Under the pieces are notes generated by a model that was given only the letters and a program-made list of their open reading frames with translations, made no database searches and was not told where the DNA came from. Of a stretch of 64,000 nucleotides of DNA, positions 1 through 13,920 are shown one piece after another (positions within the stretch are counted from its first letter, which is position 1; each line of letters begins with the position of its first letter). The stretch is taken from the NCBI GenBank assembly GCA_010909165.1, contig MU008161.1:806001-870000 (forward strand). Reading direction: 5' to 3'. This stretch comes from Anthoceros angustus (lineage: Eukaryota > Plantae > Anthocerotophyta). The translations under genes and the position numbers were made by a program.

Positions 1-3000
1 GGAGATGCTCGTCGTCGCCGCTGCCGCCGCACTGCGTGTGCCAAATTGCGAGACGCGAAGCGCTGCTGGTCGCGCGCCTCCCTAATCCCGTCGCGGCCTT
101 CGGCCTCGCTCCGTTCCACCGCTCACCATCGTACCGGCAATGTCACTGGTACGGGCGTCGGGCTCATGATCCCGCCGTGACCCGTCACCACGCTGCGGCT
201 GTTGGATATGGCCATCACGCTCCTGCTGCCAATGAGGTTAGTAATCATGGTGCTCCTTCTATTGCTGCAGATGCTGAGGGCCATTGTTGTCTTCACGTCA
301 TTCCCGCTGAAGTGTGATCATGTGATCAGTCAATGCAGGGTCATTGGAGAATTCCGCTGCCGATGAAAACTCGGTGGTGTCGAATGCAGGGATCGCCTTC
401 CAAGCTCTTGATGCCTACACATGATGTCAATGCCCAGAAAATTTCTAAAGAACCCTTGTCACCAGTTACTGAAAATGTGAAAGATAGGCTAGCATCCTAT
501 GTCAATTCAGGCAAGAGTCACAGTGGCCGTGTTCGAAATGTGCCCCTCAACGTTATCACACTACCTTCAACAAATGAAACCAGTAGTTGAGTGCATTTGA
601 GGAGCCCTCTCCTAAGTCAGCAAAAAGAAACCTCACAGTGTCAAGCCTTTATGACTCCTGAATCTGCTCTTCACATAACTGACCAGCAAGTTGTATATAT
701 CACAGATCTTCCTCATGATGAAGGGCTGTCCGCTGCGCCAAACACATCTGATGCCATTGCCAAAAGTCCTGCTCCAGACATTTGTGAGGGTAGTCCCAGC
801 TAGCGTTGTAAAACGCTGAGGAATGACCATGTCACTGTACACAATTCTAATGAGGAAGGGACTGAAAAGAAAGGTACTTGATGAACAGCTGCTTGATGAG
901 ATAGGCAACAGTGTAGTGTGATTTCTCTAACTTATCCTTTGGGCAATGCAGATGAGCCAATGAGGACCACGGGAGAATTAGCAGTGGATAGGAAAGGAAA
1001 AGGGAAGCTTTATCCAGAAACTGGTGGTTCAAGTAAGCCTTCATTTTTCTTCTAATATTATATTTACCATTTTCTCAACTAATGAGTTTTTTCATTTCGT
1101 AACTGGTAGCTAAAATGATGACGGGTGCATTGGGACTCCATCTATAAATATATGAGCTCCCACTAAACCCATTATCAGCTTCCACTAAACCCATTTTCCT
1201 ACATAGGTTACAACATCCCTAAAAGGTCCATGCCAACTGGAAGTTTATGTAATTAACGTAGCTAGTTTGCCCTGGTGAGGAGGATGATGTTAATATTCCC
1301 CAAACCTATGTGTGTTCAAAAACTGGGTTGCACATGCTGTGGATAGGATGTGAACCCTTTAAGGAGTATGAGGGTCACACAAAACACTCTTATAGTAAGT
1401 GCCCTAAGTGTTAGATTAATTATTTAACCTAAATTCTTAGCTTAATATTATATTATTTAATATGTATTAATTGACAATCAAACTTTTTGTATGAATTCAG
1501 GTTCAATATGGGCTCTTGAGCAGGATGAGAAAGCTTGTTATGACGAGCAGTTAAAGATTGAGGAGGAACTTGAATTCATGAACCAAACCTGGGGCAAGGA
1601 TAAGAGGTTATCTTGCGTCTGCCCCTAAATACCTATATTAGGATTTTGTCTTAAGGTGGTTTAAACTTAATATCTAAAATGCCCAAACTTTTCATATGTT
1701 TATTATGTAACTCCCGACCAAGGGATTTTGTTAATAAATCAGCTGGGTTTTCATGAGTTGGGATATAATGAATATCGACTATTTTATTTTCTAATACCTC
1801 CCTAATGTAATGGTACTCTACTGCTATATGCTTAGTCCTAGAATGAAAAATAGGGTTACGAGCTAAGGCTATAGCTCCCTGACTATCACTCGACAAAATT
1901 GTGGGATTATTTTGCGGATGGTTTAATTCACGTAAAACTAACCTACTCCATACTATGTCCTTAGTGAAGTCAAGACTCTGTATTCTGACTCAGTACTTGA
2001 GAGGGCAATGGTAGGTTGTTTCTTACTTGACCAGGAGATAGGAGCTTTGCCTAAAATGAGTATGTAACCTGATACGGACTTCCTTGTATCGGGATCTCCA
2101 TAATCAGCATCAACATAGGCTGTCAAGGTAAGCTTTTGTATGCCGGGTGTGTGTCGATACATAAGTCCAGTATTCATGGTACCCTTGAGATATCTGAAGA
2201 TGCGCTTAACTAACGTCCAGTGTTCACGTCCAAGATTTTCTAGGAACTATGAGCAGGCGCTTACTTCAAATGATATATCTGGTCTTGTGAAATTACTTAA
2301 ATATATTAAAGTGCCGATTGCATGTCTATATGGGACTAAGAAAATCTCTTGTTTATCCGCTTCTGTAGTCGGACTCATAGCTGAGGTAAGTCATATGCCG
2401 GTAGCAAAGGGTGTAGGGCCAGGCTTTGCTTCCTCAAGTCCAAATTTAACTAAGCTTTCATTTATATACTTGGTTTGAACAATACTTAATGTTTTATTAA
2501 ATCTGTCTTGAATAATATTTACTCCGAGAGCATAGGTCATTTCAGATCAATCATCTCAAAATGACCTCTGAACCAAGCTTTAATCTCTGCTAGAAGTGAA
2601 GCTGATGATGAAAACATAAATAAATCATCAACGTAAAGTAGCAGGTAGAGTATATCACCTCTTGATATACGAATGTACATGCTAGCATCGGCTTTACTTC
2701 TTCTAAAACCTCGTTTTACTAGCTTAACATGTATGGTTACATTTCATTATTTTCCATATTGTTTTAAACCATAAATACATTTAATAAGTTTGCATACCCA
2801 GTCTTCCTTGCCTTGAACCTCATAACCCTCGGGTTGTCTCATATAGATTTCTTCTTTCAGATGGCCGTATAGATAAGCTGTCTTTACTTCCATCATATGG
2901 AGGTGGAAATCATGTTGTGCAATTAAGGAGAAAATCATTCGAGGGGAAGCAAACTTGGCTACTGGAGCATATGTGGCATAAGGTCTCGCCATTCTTCTTT

Positions 3001-4063
3001 TTACTATAGTCCTTTTCCATGTGGTTTGGTATTCTGCACCAAGAACAAATAATGTCACCCTTCTTATTACCTCTTGCAAGTGTGAAAGAAGGTGGGGTCT
3101 CTTCAATAAGACTATGTTGTGTGTCATTGGTAGAGCGTTGAGTGAATCCTATGCCACGGCCTCAACCTCTTCCTCTACCTCTGCCAATGAACATCACCTG
3201 CTGTCTACTGGATCGATAATCTTGTCGACGACTTGACTCCTCCTGGATCAATGCTCCAATTAACTCAATAAGACCGATATCCAAATCTTCATCTGAGTCG
3301 TGTATCCCCTTGTTTTTGCGAGCATTTCTCAAAACAACATTTTGAGTTGTTACAAACGATTTGTAGGGGGGTGGTAAGGATGATAAGAGACCAACAAAGC
3401 AGGTTAACTCCGGGAGTTCAGTATTGGATGTAGCTTCCAGTTGTGATCGTGCCAAACGAAATGTATTGACATGGTGTTCGATGGAGTCTGACTTCATTTT
3501 GAGGTTGTGGAAGTTGCGAGTAGCCATCATCAAACTCATAACATCTTTGGTGTAGTATCCCGGAGCTGTGGCCCTTCGGTAAATTCTTCATTCTTCTTCT
3601 AGGTGTTGCATTCATTGGTCTTATGAGTTAGGGCACAGCTATGGTACGGCATGTAGTGCACCATTTCTCACTCCCTTCCTTTGGCTGCTGGACTTGGTGC
3701 AGTGGAATTCGCAGTGGTTCTGCTCAACTGCTTATCCGGACCTCCAACACCCTTCCAGCACCTCATAGCATTGCACAAAGTCATCCTGTGCAATTTCACA
3801 GACAAACCTCTAGAATTTGGTAATTGTGTGTGGATTTGGTGTCTAGTGAAGAGGGATTATGCTTTGATATTCTCAAGTAGCTATAATCACGGGTTTGGCC
3901 CTGCTTGTTTTGCTATAGTTACGAGTTTGGCCCTACTTGTTCTGTGCATAATGTCATAGCTAGCTTGCTGTAGCGATAGCGTGTGTGCTAATATTGTGTG
4001 CGGGGCGGGTTGTAGATGCTTAGTGAGTTTCTTGTATGTGCCTGCAAAAGCGTACTAGGTACT

Positions 4064-4277
4064 ATGGCGCCGCCGGCCGAGTGGACTGAGAAGGAGGTCA
4101 TAGCGCTTATTAAATATCGTGAGGTATGAGATGCAGAGCCCAACGCAAAGCACTCCAAAAACATGGAGAAGGTTTGTCAGCTCCTGGCATCTCAAGGCAT
4201 AATCCGATCCTCCCAACAGTTTACCTACAAGTATAGCATGGTCCTCAAGGCGAAGGCGATGCTGCAAGGCATCATCA
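4064..4277 (+). pseudogene. Truncated Myb/SANT-like (trihelix-type) DNA-binding ORF inserted antisense inside Copia gag
   Basis: MAPPAEWTEKEVIALIKYREV*DAEPNAKHSKNMEKVCQLLASQGIIRSSQQFTYKYSMVLK fits the W..E...LI..R....W/M-E.V...L...G..RS..QC..KW trihelix pattern. One in-frame TGA (4127-4129); cut off at the gag junction. Confidence 0.6.
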
Positions 4278-5483
4278 ATCTTGGAGATGGTCCCACATTT
4301 ATTTAGATGATCCCGCTTTACTAATGTGCCTCACCATTTGTTGTGACAGGCCACTTATGAGGATATCCAGAGCTTTCTCGTCCTTAACATCCTAGGTACG
4401 TTTATTCTCCGATGCGCAAGAAGGGCGCTCGAGGCTTCCATTAACAATGTCTCAAAGCTCTCGATTGCGCAGGACTCCTCTCATTCGTAGGCGCCAGATG
4501 TCGTAATCCTTGCCGTTGAATCTGTCCTTCTCCTTGAAGCTGTCCCCATAATTATGAATAATTGTTGACTTCATATCAGATGGGTCTCTATCATTGTCCT
4601 TATCCTTGGACTTTTCTTTGTTGAAATCGTCGACAGAGTGTTCTTCATCATTGTCCAGCCGAGACATTGCAGGTGATGTTTAGAGTGCACGATTATGTCG
4701 TGCTGGTGTCGCCTTGGGGAAGTTAATGTATGCAGAATCATCTGCATCATTATCAGAATCAGCATCTACATATTTAGGAACTAGTGGATGCAGAGAACTG
4801 TTGTTAAATGGAACAGATACTTTGCGATTCAATTGATCAATGCGATTGCTAAGATCACAAGTTTCGCTTATTAATAAGCCTAATCTATCTTGAACGAATT
4901 CATTAAGTTCCTTTATATCTGTCTGAATTGAGGCGACACTTGGCTGTAAAGTGATAGAGATAGGAGTAGAAGGACCTGCACTGATGTTAGGAATGTCTTG
5001 CAATGCTAACTCAATAGCCTTAACTTGTATTGGAGATAATGAGGTAAGCAATCTACTTCTAGCTACTTTGATTTTCTATCCTTGATTATTAGACTTAATC
5101 AAAATTGCAATGAAATTACAAACTTGTGTTGAAAGTTCTTCAATTTCGTCAATTCGAGTATTTGTCTTCTTCAAACACAAAATGTCGTGTGTCTTATGAA
5201 ATTTCTCCTGCTTTGTAGCCTTGAATGCTCTCCAATTCTTATGCCTACCAGGATTTAAGAGATCCATGACAAATTGGAGAGAATTGGATGCACAAATTGT
5301 GCACAAATTGTGCATCATATAAAAGCAATGTTGAAAATGATGCAATTACTGCCGAAGATCAAATCTCCTCGATGCATATCTAGAAATCAAAGGATTCAAA
5401 CTAGAATAGGCATTAGAAGATTGATAGCTTCGTAGATAGCAAGTAGCACGCTCAAAAATCAAGAGCAAGGTGCTCTGATACCA

Positions 5484-5730
5484 TGATGAGAATCATAGCT
5501 TGCTCTAAGATGCGCTTAGCATTGATTATGTTGCTTGGAGCAAATGTTTATATAGTACAAATAGTTATAGGTGGTTGTAACCAATATAACAACTAACTAT
5601 TTATGTAACTTGATAAGAAACTACTTCTAGCCCTAACAATTAATTAATAATTAATTCTAGGGATTTATAGGTGCCCTAGCGAATAGTGCCTTAAGTAGTC
5701 ATATATTTTATCATTTACTACATTCTCACA
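5484..5730 (-). repeat. 5' LTR of the Copia element (minimum extent)
   Basis: Ends in CA next to the PBS. TGTGAGAATG at 5730 is a plausible TG start, but the LTR may extend into the adjacent 101-bp repeat. Confidence 0.6.
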
Positions 5731-5985
5731 ACAGTCCTTGTCTTTGTGATTTCCAACTTGGTGGGAATCCTAATGATATTTGGGGACAGTAACCTCAAGT
5801 GAACACTGGCTAAGTTTACCACATTCTTACAACAATCCTTGTCTTTGTGATTTCCAACTTGGTGAAAGTCCTAATGATATTTGGGGACTGTAACCTCAAG
5901 TGAACATAGTCCAAGTTTACTACATTCTCATAACAATCCTTCTATTTGTCATTTTCAACTTGGTAGGAGCCCTAATGATATTTGT
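5714..5985. repeat. Tandem repeat, 101-bp unit, ~2.7 copies
   Basis: cattctcaca/cattcttaca/cattctcata at 5721, 5822 and 5923, each followed by ac(a)(g/a)tcctt(g)tctttgtgatttccaacttggt...ctaatgatattt. Confidence 0.9.
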
Positions 5986-6723
5986 ACTTGCTCAATGATT
6001 ATTGATTCAACATATATGCATGTCCCTGTTGAGATCCTTCCTCAACACCGATCCATAAGCCTATTCCCTTATGGATATCGTCGATGTATGAGATTTCTTT
6101 GCATTCTACGAAGCGAAAAGTAACATGGCACAAAAGAGATATAGTCATTTTGAAACTTATGAGAACGGACCCAGTGTTTCCAAAACTTTCGCTCAGAAAA
6201 AGACCATAGAGGGTGCTCTGGACGAGGCAATGGCCTAAACGGCACCTTCGCACCTAGTTTTGGAAAAAGAATATTTTTGCAAGAGGTGCTCATGTGTAAA
6301 GGTAAACGTAGCGAACAAAAGCTCGAAAATACGCTATACGAAATCGTCTGATATCTTATTGTTATCATTATTCACAAGGCGATCTCACGTTTTAGACCTT
6401 GCAGGAAGGAGATGGGCGCACCCAGAAACTGGGACGAGGAACATATTTTTTTCAAACAACCAAGGGGATGACACTCCAGCTCGATATTGAGCCGCCCATT
6501 GGCTATTAACTATGGAGTTCTTTCTCAACTGGTGTATGTGCACCCTATGTGTGGACCACCTTCATAATATGTGTATGATTTCTTGATACCTTTTGAAAGG
6601 GTATCGAAAGTCTTTCAAAAACAGTACGCCAAACCAAGAATTGGAGAACTATATGGAAGAACGCTAGGGCACCACCCTGCCTCACCTCCCCGCCTTACCG
6701 CACCCTTGAGCAAAATGGAAGCC

Positions 6724-8397
<1,674 letters not shown>

Positions 8398-8499
8398 CCG
8401 GAGTGTCACGACAGAGTACTTGGAAGGGCTGCACGTTGAGTTCGTTTCCCAAAAACTATACTCTAACGAAGCGGATCCACTCTCCGAGTCAGGCCGCTA

Positions 8500-8929
8500 T
8501 TACACCGACCGTTCACAGGGCCATGGTGGCAGTGTCAATCGACTTGACTCTGCCACCATGGCAGGACATTTTAGCCGCGATCCGACCCATAACCCTAAAA
8601 AACTGTCTGCCCAAAGCCACGGCGTTAACCCTAAAAGACTTGTCTACCGAGGCCGTATTATTTTGATGTTGTGCCTAATGTTTCGGTTAAGCATCCAGTG
8701 CTTAAATAGTTATTTAGATGGGGTGCTTAAATCGATACTTAGATGGGATGCTTAAATCGGTACTTAGATGGGATGCTTAAATCGGTACTTAGATGGGGTG
8801 CCTATAGGGAGTGGATGCCCCTGGCGCAAGTAGCTTAGGCACACCATGGTAAGTTGTTAAGTACCAAGTCCCATGACGAAATCCGGGATTTCAATAAAAT
8901 TCTTCTTCTTCTAAATACCGGCGGTCTAA
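8500..8929. mobile_element. Putative MITE-like non-autonomous element (~430 bp) with short TIR-like ends, internal hairpin and 25-bp tandem repeat
   Basis: Left end TTACACCGACCG, right end CCGGCGGTCTAA. Hairpin GCCATGGTGGCAG...CTGCCACCATGGC (8520-8562). 25-bp repeat starting at 8714/8739/8764/8789. The right half matches 29320-29513. Confidence 0.5.
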
Positions 8930-9248
8930 GTCCGTTTCACATGGACCACATGGGCGGTATAATCCGCGCGCCTGTCAGTGACATGTGGCAGCGCCACGGT
9001 GTGCGCAATATGCCTCCTATGAGATGGCCACGGCGGGGAGTTTTTCCCGTCCCCGTTTCACATGGCCGGTACATTTATGTACATCTGGTCCCACATTAAT
9101 CCTGTGGTCCCACCATTTTACCCCTATAAGTGTCTGTAAAGGTTTTTGCTTTGCCAAAGGCATTTCATTTGCTTCTTATTTCAAAGGTGTGTGGAGTAGG
9201 GTGTTTGGAGCTTGGATTTTGAGTGGAGGGCCCGAGTTAGGGTTTATC

Positions 9249-10627
9249 ATGGATCCTCATGCACAGACCTTATGGTGTATTTTTTTTATGGGTATCATAT
9301 TATATATGGTATTAGAATCTACTTCACATTCGTTGCTTTTCAATTTACAAGCTAGTATCTCTACTACCGTTCACGTGTTGCAGTACAATGAGACAGGCAC
9401 TAGTAGGGGATCACAAACATAAAGGCATAGCCACGTCATTGGGTCATTGAATGTCCTCAAAGTTTTTTTTGCAACAGCCTCATGGGGACCTACACTGCAG
9501 AGATGTTCAAGAATAAGATGCGCGTAAGTAGACCAACTTTTGACTTTCATCTGTATGAAGTTGGCACCTTTCCTTCAAAAACAAGACACACTGACTAGAG
9601 ATGCAGTCCCCGTGGATGCTAGAGTATCTATATAGATTTAATGCACTTGGCTGGGAGCAATTGGTTGTCTATTGTTGTTGACCTGTATGGATACGATACA
9701 TCCACAGTTCAAGGTATCATATTGCAATTTTGTAATGTTATTAGAGCTATCTTGCATGATGTGAAAATTCAATGGCCATCTAGAAGTAAAATGGAACTGT
9801 ATGCAGTTGAGTTTGAGGCCTTGAGTGGAATTCTGTATATAATGGGAGCAGATAATGGTAGCCATATTATATAGAATTAAAAGAGTATCATGTTGACTAT
9901 TACTGCAGAAAAGGGTTTCATAGTTGCTTGCTTCAATTAGTAATCAATGCAAAAGGGATTATGAGTTGGTTTGGGCCTGTAGCATGAATGATTGGAACTT
10001 TCAGAAATTAGGAAAAGATGTATGTGTAACATGTACGCTAGACGAGAGATGCTACACAGAGATGCACTAGTGGGAGATGCAGGTTATTGGCCCCGGGTAT
10101 ATTTATTAACTCCATTCCGTGGATATAAAGATGGACTTTATAGAAGAAAGCCAATTGAAATTTCATTCGGTCGAGTATTCGAATGGTGGTTAAAAAGACA
10201 TGATTTGCTCAAAGGGTGGTGCAAAGGACATATGGTATGTTGAAAAGTATGTTTCGTGTATTTTGCGAAAGAGAAATGACATAAAATTGAAAAAAGTTCC
10301 TTCTATTGTAAGTGCATGCCTATTTAGTATGTAAATAATAATGGATTTGTGGAAGATTGGTTCAACCAAGTTAATCTTGACCTTCAAAGACGAGCTAATG
10401 GCAATCATCAACAATGTATTTCATTGCAACAAGAAACTTTAAGAGCAGCTATGGAAACAGTTCATGAAATTAACAATACACATAACAGTCATGGGCAAGG
10501 ATGGAATACTATTAATGAGGAAGACTATGTTGAGGGTGCACACCAAAATCCGTATACAAGGGCTAGCTACAGACACGGTTTGGTATGTCAAAAAGCTCTC
10601 GCAAAATCACTGTGTGAAGTACGTTAG
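9249..10627 (+). mobile_element. PIF/Harbinger DDE transposase (HARBI1-like), pseudogenised
   Basis: FKNKMRVSRPTF, LAGSNWLSIVVDLYG...STVQGIILQFC..I, GADNGSHI (canonical GAIDGSHI), DYYCRKGFHS, LVGDAGY..LLTPF, RMVV...LLKG.W. Frameshifts and stops throughout. Confidence 0.88.
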
Positions 10628-10715
10628 AAAAAGAAGGCAAACAAGGTCCTCAATTTAGAGTCTGAGACCAAGTGTGACGAACATACAACAAAACCAAAAC
10701 TACTATGTTTTATGT

Positions 10716-11490
10716 CTATGTATCTTGCAAGTGATTGCCCAGGTTATTGAAATTGTCGTTCTTGGATTGTAGCAAGGTTAACTTCTGTGCCTGTATTGCC
10801 TTATACTGATATAATAAAGATTCTGTGTCATTGGCCATTTGTTCCATAGTAGCGAGTCTTATATCTTCTTTTCCTGCATTTTTCTCCTTGTAGCCAATAG
10901 ACATCCGGGCTTGTTCGTCCGTCTTCTGTTGCATAGGCTCACTTGGTGTTTCGGGTTCATTATCCAAACTCTCATTAACATTGACATATGTTGAGCCAAT
11001 CGTAGAATCCACAAAATTTAGTCCTGGAGTAGCAAATAAGTTGGGAAAATAACAAGCATGCGCATGGTAATTCACGACAGGGCGTTTGCCATGGTAATTG
11101 TCCTTGAGGTCGAAAAACCTACATTTATCATACCTTCCTTGTCCACTTGTTTAGTTCTCCACCTTGTCCTTCATGTATTCTTCCATTAAGGATTTGTGCT
11201 TCTAACAGCATGCCTCAAAGTCCTTATCAAAATGTGGGCAAACGGCACACAATCTCGTGAACAGTTTGTGCCACACATCAATGCCAAGTTATGTTTTGGT
11301 ATATTCTGCACCACCCAATTAGATAGCTGCACTATAAATAAAATTTAGATCAAGTACCTTGCTTAGGAACTTTATTAAATTCCTCCTCCACATAAGCCCT
11401 AAAAGTGGATCAAGTGGATGGTGTGGTATCCAATCCATTGCAGTCCTTTTTTACCACTTGTCCTCCGAACTTGATCTTCCGACCATGTGG
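10716..11490 (-). mobile_element. PIF/Harbinger ORF1 (Myb/SANT-like DNA-binding protein), pseudogenised, convergent with the transposase
   Basis: Minus-strand frame near 11060-11300 reads W..VWHKLFTRLCAVCPHFDKDFEACC*KHKSLMEEYMKDK..SGQGRYDKCRFFD..HGKRPVV, followed by a polar C-terminal ORF (10716-11075). The two-ORF convergent layout is typical of Harbingers. Confidence 0.7.
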
Positions 11491-12100
11491 TTCATAGTTT
11501 TATTTCCCCTTTCCCTCTATGTTTCTTTTTCATGTCTATGTCCTTCGAAAGTGAGATTTTTGAACCGGTTTTCAAGTAAATAACATGCCCCGGTGTCGGC
11601 GCAGACCACTTGAAATCATAAGTCACGGCACTTCCTCCGACGGGCATTAAAAAAGTCAGCTGAGTTGGAAGGGGTGCGGCACCTATATGGAAAATGTTGA
11701 CTTGCAAACTTGTGGCTTGGAAATTATTGGCTTGGACATTGTGAACCCCGGAAGCTACTCTCCACTTGGCCCCATGGCTGGGCAGATTATGGAAAGTTAT
11801 GACCATACACTGCTGATTCTCTAGACCCAAATACGTAATCGGGGAAAATTTAGGAAGGCCCTCGCTGAAGAGTTGAATCACCATTATGCCCCTATTGCGT
11901 TGCCATGAATATCGAGCTTGGTAGTTCAACTTCGTATGTATAGGCCCTGAATCTCAAGATGCGCTTCCGAAGAGCTCCTCATGACTAATGATCGGAATAC
12001 AAGTTAGTTCTTCTACACCTAGCCATACGGCCAATTGGGGCATCTTTTTGAGGTAAGGAGCCTGTAAAGAATACGAAATCACAAGATTCCTACTCGACTA

Positions 12101-12290
12101 GCAATGAGATACCTCATGACAGGGCTGTGGATGCATAATGGGGCTCAAGGCCGCTTGCAATTGACTTGCAATGAGATAATTCATGAGAGGGCTCGTGAAT
12201 GCATAATGGGGCTCAAGGCCGCTTGGAATTGACCGGCTGTGGGATACCTCATGACAAGGCTCGTGGATGCATAATAGAGCTTAAGGCTGC
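12101..12290. repeat. Tandem repeat, ~67-bp unit, ~3 copies
   Basis: gat(acc/aat)tcatga(c/g)a(g/a)ggctcgtg(g/a)atgcataatggggctcaaggccgcttg recurs at about 12101, 12168 and 12237. Confidence 0.85.
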
Positions 12291-13323
12291 AGATTCCAAG
12301 CTCACGCTCTCTTCCATGGCCTGGCCTTGAGCTTGTGTCTTTGTTTTGGGAGCCTTCCACGATACATCGAGACGGCCTCTCATGCAATCCTCGAGTTTTG
12401 CAGTAGATCATATTGCAGTAAAACATAGAGTTCGAATTATGTTTTACATGAAATATGTTTAGCCTGCACAAGGTACATAATAGATGTCAGAAAACACGCC
12501 GACTTGGCCGTTGTTTTTTGACATCCATAAACACCATGCCTTGGCACCCACGTAGATGCCACGGCGGGGGCTAGTACAAATTTATCCTCCAATTGTGGAG
12601 GCTGTGTCAGAATATGTACTACCCATGTCAAACGAGCCGAGCACCGAGCATCAGTGACAATGCCATGGTGGCACTATCAACCGACTTGACCATGCAGCTG
12701 TTTTTGGCGTGCAAGTCGCGCTGTTGCATACTGGCCATGGTGACTGCCGGTGAGCTGCATGTTGGATTCCTAGAAATCATTAGAGCATTATTAAGTCATG
12801 ACTTGTATTACAACTGGGATTATATATTTATTGGTGCAAAATATCAGAGTTTAGAGACTTCAGACTTCACTAGCCTCGAGAGGTGGGTGAAGTCTCGACA
12901 TGCCTACCATTGCCATATAGATGCCACGCATGATCCACTTTCATGCCACCGGCGATGGATGGGTGTAAAACCAAAAACAAGTGTTTATTCAATCCACGTA
13001 CACACTGGCGGTCTAATATAAAACCATTCTTAGGAGACAATGCATGCAAATCTGGCAAGTCTAAAATGTTCTAAAGTTAGAAGGTCTGGCTACAAGGCTA
13101 ACCGCAGTATGCCTCTGAGGCATTTTGAGGTGTTTTTGACCGGTTAAGAAAGGGAAAGTATTAAGCATATGTTATGTTCCACTCATATAATTTTTTCAAT
13201 TTCTGGATCTTATGTCCATTACCACTACCAAGACACTTTCTTCCACAAATTCTATAGGAGGTTCTATAGGATCTAATATACCAAAAGTGGTGCCTGGAGG
13301 TCGTTGATTTTGAGTTTGAATAC

Positions 13324-13445
13324 GGGGCCATAAGACAAATTTTGAGTAGGGGGGTATAAGACAGAGTTTGAGCAGAGGGGCCATAAGACAAAGTTGAGTA
13401 GGGGGGCCATATGACAGAGTTTGACTAGATGGCCATAAGATAGTT
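13324..13445. repeat. Tandem repeat, ~26-bp unit, 5 copies
   Basis: ggggccataagaca(a/g)a(g/t)tttga(g/c)(t/c)ag at about 13324, 13351, 13377, 13403 and 13430. Confidence 0.85.
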
Positions 13446-13920
13446 GGAAACCTAAGCAACTGATGCTGTAGACTATAAGTGAATTTTTGACCTAGCTTTG
13501 AGGCTGTCATAGCTATGCTGCTTATGGGCGACATGTCCCCGGGGGTCCCAACCGACACCATTGGTCCAAAGGGTTCGCATGCGCTATGGAATAGGGTCTT
13601 TCTCCATATTACATGGAAAAAACTAAGCCTAAACTATAATATTCTAACTCCGTTTAGAGTATGAGAATATATGTGACAGCTTTTGACGTGCGAGGGAGAC
13701 GACAATTGTCGATTGCATGATTGCATGGGATGTTTGCGAGCTTAAACATTTCAAAGATACAGATACAGATCCAGAGTCAAAATTTGTTCTCCGAGCCGTG
13801 AAGCTTGTTGCGTAGTGGGCACCCAGCGGATCAGGGCTGCGGTTGGGGAAAGGGTGCTGGGAAGCTGTCAGGTTCTGCTCAAGGGTAGCATTGGCCCGGC
13901 TGCCCAGGACGACTGCAAGC

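Larger units (their letters stand above)
1622..5730 (-). mobile_element. Ty1/Copia LTR retrotransposon, decayed and internally deleted (5' LTR, PBS, gag, RT, RNase H; no protease/integrase; 3' LTR not found)
   Basis: Minus strand: LTR end ...CTCATCA at 5484 directly followed by the tRNA-iMet PBS TGGTATCAGAGC (5472-5483). gag motifs FNGKDYDIWRLRMRGVL (4452-4667) and a UBN2-like segment (3162-3539). RT YAPVAK..KTAYLYGHLKEEIYMRQPEGY (2747-3000). RNase H AYVDADY..RKSVSGY..WSSKKQ and SDSQGAIALARNP.FHSRTKHI..ENPADLLTK (1651-2177). A purine tract lies near 1622-1632. Many stops and frameshifts. Confidence 0.92.

Noticed and set aside
6060-6560. Possible gypsy integrase remnant (PRNWDEEH) between the Copia and the RPT2 pseudogene
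   Set aside because: The similarity is too weak and fragmented to support a call.
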